DNA from: an uncultured virus (IMG/VR IMGVR_UViG_3300025288_000019)
Lineage: Duplodnaviria; Heunggongvirae; Uroviricota; Caudoviricetes; Schitoviridae
Reading direction: 5' to 3' (one strand)
Virus record (IMG/VR): IMGVR_UViG_3300025288_000019
Length of the DNA: 64,000 nucleotides
Of this stretch, positions 57,653 to 64,000 are shown piece after piece (positions within the stretch are counted from its first letter, which is position 1; each line of letters opens with the position of its first letter). The position numbers and the translations under genes were made by a program. The notes beneath the pieces were generated by a model. It did no database searches. It had not been told where the DNA came from and was given only the letters and a program-made list of their open reading frames with translations.

Positions 57653-58381
57653 ATGAAAAAAGTTATTTTTATTATTGCTCTGTTTAACCTGGCACACCCA
57701 GCTAATGCTGCACAAACAAACGTAACAGCGAATACCCTATGGGGAATTAATAGAAGTCAAATTAACAGTAATTTTACCGAGCTGTATTTTCTGTCTCCTG
57801 AGTGTATAGCTAACCAGCATAGAGTTCGAGGTAACTCTGCCTGGGTTTGCGTTGATTTAAACTATGAACCAGCTAAAGCAATTAGTGACCACTATGTAAC
57901 TTCTGCTGATTTAACCACGTTAGCTAATACATCTGGTGTTAATACAGGAGACCAGGCTATTGATTGGAACGCAACAGAAGGGTTGGCCTATATAGCGAAT
58001 AAGCCTGCTCTTCTTACTTTAGGTACTATTGCTGGTACTGCATTGGACGCTTCAGATGTTAGGCTTCATTACCCTGGTTCAGATAACCAAACTAATATAT
58101 CTGGATCAGCCGGTAGTCTAAATAGCGCTTATATTGATTGGAACGCAACAACTGGTGGTGCTGTCGTGCAGAATAAACCTACGCTAGGCACAGCTTCCAC
58201 ACAAGATGTAGAGTATTTTGCTACAGCAGCGCAAGGAGCAAAGGCGGATGCTTCCTATCCAGTAGGTGTTCCTACTACTCCTACTACTGCTTGCACAGCA
58301 AACTCTTGGTCATATGACTTAAGTTATTTATACATATGTGTAGCTACAGATACATGGTTAAGAACACCTTTAGCTTGGTAA
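57653..58381 (+). CDS. Tail-fibre-like protein with N-terminal signal peptide
   Basis: MKKVIFIIALFNLAHPANA-A; two IDWNAT.G.A...NKP repeats; YLYICVATDTWLR tip. Confidence 0.6.
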   Translation: MKKVIFIIALFNLAHPANAAQTNVTANTLWGINRSQINSNFTELYFLSPECIANQHRVRGNSAWVCVDLNYEPAKAISDHYVTSADLTTLANTSGVNTGDQAIDWNATEGLAYIANKPALLTLGTIAGTALDASDVRLHYPGSDNQTNISGSAGSLNSAYIDWNATTGGAVVQNKPTLGTASTQDVEYFATAAQGAKADASYPVGVPTTPTTACTANSWSYDLSYLYICVATDTWLRTPLAW

Positions 58382-58388
58382 TAGATAA

Positions 58389-59555
58389 ATGGCTAATACG
58401 TTTTACCAGTTAAAAAATGGTGTTTTAATTGATATAACAACTAGTTTCCAAGGACACCAAGGAGAACCTGGGCCTCCGGGTGGTGCTGTAGACATGACCG
58501 GGGCAGAAACAAATTTCTTATATATGTTTAATGGTAATGAGGCAGTATGGGCAGCAGAAGGTACAGATTTTAGATTTTTAATTGATTCATTTACTACTAA
58601 TCAAGCATCCACTCAGCTAATGGGAGAGCCAGGGTCAGCTTGGTTAAACGCAGGAGAATTCACTGCAACTGCTAGTTATAATAGAAATGTTATTCCTAAT
58701 GACGCAGTAATTGAAGCGTTACCTTCAATAGGATGGGCTGGTGGTGAACTGCTAGGGAATTCTCCTTATACAAATTGGGTGTCCACTCAAATAGCTAATT
58801 ATCCTATTAGTTTAAGTAATGTTATATTTACTCTTAAATGTAATAATAATGCTGTTACACAAGCAATAACTATTAGCTTTTGTAATACAACTGTTTACGG
58901 TATAACAGCTACAAATGGTACATTTGAGAATGGCGCTAATGAGAATAGATTTTACACTTTTACAGCTAATGCAGGAATTGACCAATACGTAGTATTTAAA
59001 TTTCCTACTCGTTTAGGAAATGTAGGACAAGTTTTAATTGGAGGTGTAACAGCATCGTTTAACCCGGGTAACCGTGCTACTGTTACTCCTGCTATATCAA
59101 CACCAACTAACTACACAAATTCAAACGGTTTTACCGAGCTGTTCACAACAATAACCTCAGCAAATCCAAACACAGGTAGCATTTCTAATCAAGTTCAAAT
59201 ATTATCCAGTACAACTCCAAAAAACTACACTTACTGCGGTACGCTAAACCACACAACAAATATTACTCAGAATGATATTAAGGACAACTATGACACTCGT
59301 TTAATTTTAACTTCACAGAGTGCCACTTTAACTTGTAGAGACAATAGTATTACTCAATATCCTTATATAGCGTATCCTACAAGATTTCCTGCTTTATCTA
59401 GTATTCAAATAGGTGGGTTTGAGTATATAGATGATTTTACTGTTGCAGATTATGGCTTGCTATTAACTAATGATCTTGGTTTTCAAGAAGCATACAGAGT
59501 GTATATGTGTAACACACCCGGATTTGAAAACCCAACTACAATGCAGGTGATGTAA
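58389..59555 (+). CDS. Putative tail/appendage protein
   Basis: Collagen-like GHQGEPGPPG; beta-rich, two YP/FP-TR repeats. Confidence 0.55.
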   Translation: MANTFYQLKNGVLIDITTSFQGHQGEPGPPGGAVDMTGAETNFLYMFNGNEAVWAAEGTDFRFLIDSFTTNQASTQLMGEPGSAWLNAGEFTATASYNRNVIPNDAVIEALPSIGWAGGELLGNSPYTNWVSTQIANYPISLSNVIFTLKCNNNAVTQAITISFCNTTVYGITATNGTFENGANENRFYTFTANAGIDQYVVFKFPTRLGNVGQVLIGGVTASFNPGNRATVTPAISTPTNYTNSNGFTELFTTITSANPNTGSISNQVQILSSTTPKNYTYCGTLNHTTNITQNDIKDNYDTRLILTSQSATLTCRDNSITQYPYIAYPTRFPALSSIQIGGFEYIDDFTVADYGLLLTNDLGFQEAYRVYMCNTPGFENPTTMQVM

Positions 59556-60040
59556 TGCCTAAGTTATACACACCTTTAACCAAAGGAGCAGCGTTTAATT
59601 TTTTTATTAACTCTATTCAAGATATTGGATTAGGAGAAACTGAAGAACATAATTCTATATCTGGTGATGGTTACTTATGCTGGGATACAATAGCAAATAA
59701 GATTAAATGGGTTAATCATGATAACTTACCAAGTAATGGCAATAACTTTAGAATTGTTGTAAGTTATAATCCTCCTGCTGATCCAACTGAAGGGTTATTG
59801 TGGTATGACACATTTAACCACAGCTTAAAAGTATACGTTAATGCTAATTGGGAATATGATTTACCAGCAAATGTAAATAACGCTTTAAACCAGATAACAG
59901 TAAGTGCAGAAGGTTTACCTTTATGGAATAACGCTTCATGGCCTGGAAGTGGTGTATCTGGCAGTGGAAATATTGACGGTGGCAGTCCTGATTCAATCTA
60001 CTTACCTTCACAACATCTTGATGGTGGAGAAATAACCTAA
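59555..60040 (+). CDS. Putative tail/appendage protein
   Basis: PPADPTEGLLWYDT..LKVY motif; IDGG/LDGG C-terminus. Confidence 0.6.
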   Translation: MPKLYTPLTKGAAFNFFINSIQDIGLGETEEHNSISGDGYLCWDTIANKIKWVNHDNLPSNGNNFRIVVSYNPPADPTEGLLWYDTFNHSLKVYVNANWEYDLPANVNNALNQITVSAEGLPLWNNASWPGSGVSGSGNIDGGSPDSIYLPSQHLDGGEIT

Positions 60041-62490
60041 TGGCTGATATTATACAACATAAGCGAGGTAACGCTACTTCATGGGTAAACAACCGTACAT
60101 TTGTATTAGCAGATGGTGAATTAGGTATAGAACGGCTAACCAAAGGTGGCAGAATTAAAGTAGGTGATGGAGTTTCTGAGTGGAACGAATTAGACTATGT
60201 ATCTGTAGGAGCAGATGGCCCAAAAGGAGATAAAGGTGACTTTTTAAATGCTGTTGATTTAATAGGATCATCAACATATAACATTACTCTATCTTCAGAT
60301 GCACATTTAGTTTCATTTTTAGCATCGCTACATAAAGAATGGGTTCCTGGTATGTTTATAACTGTAGCATACCAAAGTAACCCTAAAAAATTTATGATTG
60401 GGCAATGCCAAAGTTATGACCCGAATACTGGTGACATTACACTATTCGTAGACCAGTCTACATTTGGTTTGACTGACCCAGAAACACCTGAAACATATAG
60501 TGACTGGGTATTATCATGGGCGGCTAGTGCAGCAACTACAGTAAAACATGCACAATCTCATTTACCTGGCTCTAGCTATGATCCTCTGCCCCTAGCAGAC
60601 AGTTTATCCCCTGGCTTTATTACACCTGAAGCATTTACAATTATTGATAATTTAAAAATTACCGGAGCATACATAGGTAACGTACAACCTCCTAATATGT
60701 TAGTTGGTGCTGTCTGGTTTAATAGTGGTGATGTCGTTATAACTGCTCCTTCTATTAGTGCGATTTACAATCAATATGTAGGTGTAAACGAAATACATAA
60801 CATAATGGTATCCATTGGTTACGGGTTAGGTGAAGAAATACCTGAATTACTCGTTACATCGTCAGGTGATAATAATCCTATACCTTTATCTTGCTTTAGC
60901 GTAACTTCATTAGGTGGCGGTTACAGACAAATCACGTTTAACCCATTACTTACCAGTAATCCAACTACTTATGTCACAGCAGGGTTATACTCTATAGCTA
61001 TTAGAGCTATAGATAACAGTAATGGTGTATTTACTGATTCTCATTTTATTCTAGGTGTATCAGCTACTCTTTATACCGTTACAACTTCCGTTAGTGGAGG
61101 CAATGGTACCGTATACCCTGATAGCACAGCAGGTACAGTATATGTTGCAGAGAATGGTTCAATAGAAATTGAGCCAAGGCCTACTATAATAGACGGGCAA
61201 CAGCCTTACGCTGTGTCTACAATGTATGTTAATGGAGTGCTAACTCCATTACTCACGAGTAAATATGTGCTATCTAATGTGCAAAATAATCAATCTGTTG
61301 AATTTACGTATGCTTTAGGGCAGTATATTACTATTCTACAAAATGATACAAATGGTACTACTACACCTAATGGTGTTCTTACTGTTGCAACTAATGGTAT
61401 AACAACAATACTAATTACAGGTAATACTGGCTGGGAATTTGGCTCAGTAATTGTTGATAGCATTTCTTATGGTGCAAATTCTGGTACTCATACTATCAAT
61501 AATAACGACACAGTAGATGTTTATGCTGATAGCATTAGAATAAACGCAATTACAACTTCACATACTGTTATTCCTAGCTTTACAGCTGTATTGTATAGTA
61601 TTTCTTGGTCTGGCTTATACGCTAGTCTTGGTACTATTAACAATTCTATTGCTAATTCTATTACTGGGTTACAGTATGGAATGTCTCAATCGTTTAATTT
61701 AACTCCTGCTACAGATTATGAAATAAATACGGTATTAGTTGATAATGCAGAGGTGTGGACAAATACTGGCAGTATTATTGAATCGTATACTATTTATCCT
61801 ATTCTTAAAAATTATGTAGTAAGTGCTACTTTTAGAATACAAGTACCGCCACAAGTAACTGGAGTAGCCTGTGTGGTAACAAATGCTACTACTAACACAA
61901 TCACATGGAGCACAGCAAGTAGAGCTACGTCATATACAGTGTACTGGAGTACAACAGAACCTACTGATGCTGAGGAGTTAATTAGTACCGGCACTGCTAT
62001 GAGTCCCACGAGTAGCCTTACAATACCGCATAGCGTAGCTGACACTTCTGTTCCTTATTACTACACAGTGCTTGCTTCAAATAGCACGGGTAGAGCGACT
62101 TTAGGAAGTGTCGTAGTGGATAATCAGAATGCTTTACCTTCTAGCTCGTTAGAAGCCATTTTACCTACACGACCAATAATGCGAACCGGGTATAGTTTAC
62201 CTATACCTGCAGCAGTTAACGTCTTAGTAACTATTGAATTAGTGGCGTCTATGAACGTAGAAGCAGACGCTGCTTCTATGGCTGAAAGTTTTAAGCTGTA
62301 TAGCAATGCAGCTAGAACTATAGTAGTGCCTGGGGCAGTGTCACAAGATTCTCCTTTAATTTGGCGGTTAATCCCAACAGCTAACTTAACTGCGAGCACG
62401 AAATACTACCCCCGAGTGTCTATAGCAGCAAAATCATTAGAGGGAATACCAGTTAGAAACGAGATTGTTTGGGAATTTACCACGGCGTAA
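60040..62490 (+). CDS. Tail fibre with Mtd-N-like N-terminus and Ig/Fn3-like modules
   Basis: IQHKRG...W...LADGELG.E...KVGDG..WNELDY; Fn3-like TITWS...SYTVYW...YYYTVLASN; Ig-like C-terminus. Confidence 0.75.
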   Translation: MADIIQHKRGNATSWVNNRTFVLADGELGIERLTKGGRIKVGDGVSEWNELDYVSVGADGPKGDKGDFLNAVDLIGSSTYNITLSSDAHLVSFLASLHKEWVPGMFITVAYQSNPKKFMIGQCQSYDPNTGDITLFVDQSTFGLTDPETPETYSDWVLSWAASAATTVKHAQSHLPGSSYDPLPLADSLSPGFITPEAFTIIDNLKITGAYIGNVQPPNMLVGAVWFNSGDVVITAPSISAIYNQYVGVNEIHNIMVSIGYGLGEEIPELLVTSSGDNNPIPLSCFSVTSLGGGYRQITFNPLLTSNPTTYVTAGLYSIAIRAIDNSNGVFTDSHFILGVSATLYTVTTSVSGGNGTVYPDSTAGTVYVAENGSIEIEPRPTIIDGQQPYAVSTMYVNGVLTPLLTSKYVLSNVQNNQSVEFTYALGQYITILQNDTNGTTTPNGVLTVATNGITTILITGNTGWEFGSVIVDSISYGANSGTHTINNNDTVDVYADSIRINAITTSHTVIPSFTAVLYSISWSGLYASLGTINNSIANSITGLQYGMSQSFNLTPATDYEINTVLVDNAEVWTNTGSIIESYTIYPILKNYVVSATFRIQVPPQVTGVACVVTNATTNTITWSTASRATSYTVYWSTTEPTDAEELISTGTAMSPTSSLTIPHSVADTSVPYYYTVLASNSTGRATLGSVVVDNQNALPSSSLEAILPTRPIMRTGYSLPIPAAVNVLVTIELVASMNVEADAASMAESFKLYSNAARTIVVPGAVSQDSPLIWRLIPTANLTASTKYYPRVSIAAKSLEGIPVRNEIVWEFTTA

Positions 62491-62502
62491 GAGGAGAAAA
62501 TA

Positions 62503-63063
62503 ATGCTTGTATTACGGTTTTCAGGTGTGCTAACGGGTATTGATACTCCAGATACCTTGGTATCTATGCAAATATGTTGGATGCTATCTGGTGTGGACTC
62601 AACGGAAAGCGATGCTATAGCAAATGGCCGGTCACTAACATGGTATGCCACTACTAATTCTACTGAAATTACTGATTTTCTGTCTACTGGAGTCTACACA
62701 CTAATGTCGCCTTTAATTGGAACTATTACTCCAGCGATACGAGTCACTGAGCGTAGAAATGGAGGCGCAGAAATAACAGGAAATTGGACTCACGCATCTT
62801 CCGTAGTTGTACCAGATGAATCCTTACCTACTGCTATTACAGTTACTCTAAGCAATAAAACAGTGTCATTTACTGGGGGTTCTGGTGTTACGTTATTTTA
62901 TACGTCAGACGGCACAACACCGACAACAAACTCCCCACACATGCAGTTGCACACTACCTCTTTTGTGCATAATGATATGACAAGTAACTATAAATATGTT
63001 TTAGCATCCGTCACTTCCGCTGGGGCGTTTACAGCACCTACTTCAGTTTATACTCCGGCGTAG
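62503..63063 (+). CDS. Structural/appendage protein with Fn3-associated motif
   Basis: LFYTSDGTTPTTNS motif. Confidence 0.55.
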   Translation: MLVLRFSGVLTGIDTPDTLVSMQICWMLSGVDSTESDAIANGRSLTWYATTNSTEITDFLSTGVYTLMSPLIGTITPAIRVTERRNGGAEITGNWTHASSVVVPDESLPTAITVTLSNKTVSFTGGSGVTLFYTSDGTTPTTNSPHMQLHTTSFVHNDMTSNYKYVLASVTSAGAFTAPTSVYTPA

Positions 63064-63067
63064 ATTT

Positions 63068-64000
63068 ATGGCTAGCAAAAATTTCTTAGATTATATCCCT
63101 GATTTAGCATTACGTAACAGTGTGCAAGCTAAGACTTGCACAGTCAACTTGGCTGAATATTTTTTAATTTGTACTGCTGACATTCAGAATGGCGATGTTT
63201 TAACTATTCCCCCTGGGGATTACTACACAACACGTGGCATTGAGTTAGAAAGTCTTAGTGATATTGAAGTAACTGCGTATGGGGCAACTATTATCTGTCA
63301 CCCAGATGTGCCCAGTGCGACTAAATTTAATTACATGGACACAGTAGAGCACGCAGTTACTAATACTTTTGGTTTAAGAATAGTCTCATGCTCTAATGTT
63401 TCTATTCAAGGATTAGCTTTAAATGGAAATGCCTATTTGATTCCACATGATGCTTGGCCTATGACCGGGTATATCCTTAATAGTCAGGACACTGTGCTGT
63501 ACGATTGCTCTAGGCATAACTGTAAGGGTATGTTGAAAATTTCAGGAGCCTGTGTACGTTGTGGCACTGTTAACTGGAATGAATATAATAATCATTGGGG
63601 GCACTCAGGAGCAAAACATATAGGTTTTAGAGAATTTACTGGTACAGGGGCAAATGATTTACTCGCTGAGTCTGACCTTATATCTTTAGAGAACAACCCT
63701 AATTATCTAAATAGGCACATACTAATTGAAATAACATACTCAGGTACAAGTGTTGATGACCCAGCAAGGTATCGCTGGTCTGATAATTCTACCGCAACAC
63801 CTATTATATGGTACGGCACAGACCCAAATATAGGTGATAGTTTTCCTTGTACAAGTATACGTACTTCGATTCCTGGGTCACAACCAATACAGGATATTAC
63901 AATACCCGGGCCTTTTGTGTCATGGGAGACTGTGTATAACAAACCCATAGGGGACAAGTGGTGGTTTACTTTTATTTACTCATGCCAATCTCGTTTTGCT
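63068..64000 (+). CDS. Tailspike-like right-handed beta-helix protein (runs off the window end)
   Basis: N-terminal part hand-translated: MASKNFLDY...LTIPPGDYY...AYGATI...CSNVSIQGLALNGN; no stop seen before the window end. Confidence 0.65.
   Translation, partial: MASKNFLDYIPDLALRNSVQAKTCTVNLAEYFLICTADIQNGDVLTIPPGDYYTTRGIELESLSDIEVTAYGATIICHPDVPSATKFNYMDTVEHAVTNTFGLRIVSCSNVSIQGLALNGNAYLIPHDAWPMTGYILNSQDTVLYDCSRHNCKGMLKISGACVRCGTVNWNEYNNHWGHSGAKHIGFREFTGTGANDLLAESDLISLENNPNYLNRHILIEITYSGTSVDDPARYRWSDNSTATPIIWYGTDPNIGDSFPCTSIRTSIPGSQPIQDITIPGPFVSWETVYNKPIGDKWWFTFIYSCQSRFA

Noticed and set aside
26476..63957. Numerous short antisense or nested ORFs inside structural genes
   Set aside because: Opposite strand or alternate frame of well-supported genes, with no motifs or RBS
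60040..64000. Diversity-generating retroelement suggested by the Mtd-N-like domain
   Set aside because: No reverse transcriptase or TR/VR pair seen in the window; Mtd-N is a common anchor domain

Overview
The window is a large part of an AT-rich, N4-like (Schitoviridae-type) phage genome, probably from a circularly permuted assembly. Positions 1-24070 run on the minus strand. From right to left they carry the early genes (gp1-like, gp2/Drc-like ssDNA-binding coactivator), the two-subunit RNAP II, an AAA ATPase/VWA-metallopeptidase pair, a helicase, a family A DNA polymerase, RusA, tRNA-Leu(UAA), an exonuclease, a primase, a Sak4-like ATPase, SSB and ThyX, ending in a mosaic accessory arm. Positions 24381-64000 run on the plus strand: a RepL-like wHTH gene, intein-containing terminase large subunit, tail fibre module, portal, major capsid protein, gp55-gp51 equivalents, a 3420-aa virion RNA polymerase, and a second tail-appendage cluster running off the end. 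The main finding is that the essential DNA polymerase is in three pieces. The first break is bridged by what looks like a degenerate split-intein remnant. The second is a 5-nt duplication inside catalytic motif B (ACT-TAA/ACT, matched codons around a stop) directly behind an 11-bp perfect stem-loop, a candidate programmed ribosomal bypass; an assembly error cannot be excluded. Also notable: two covarying GC-GATA-GC hairpins where N4 has its vRNAP promoters, a 118-aa capsid insertion, a class 3-type intein with a dead LAGLIDADG, ssDNA-type hairpins, a tail-fibre-like protein with a signal peptide, and no canonical lysis cassette in view. All family assignments come from motif recognition and synteny by eye; no database searches were run.
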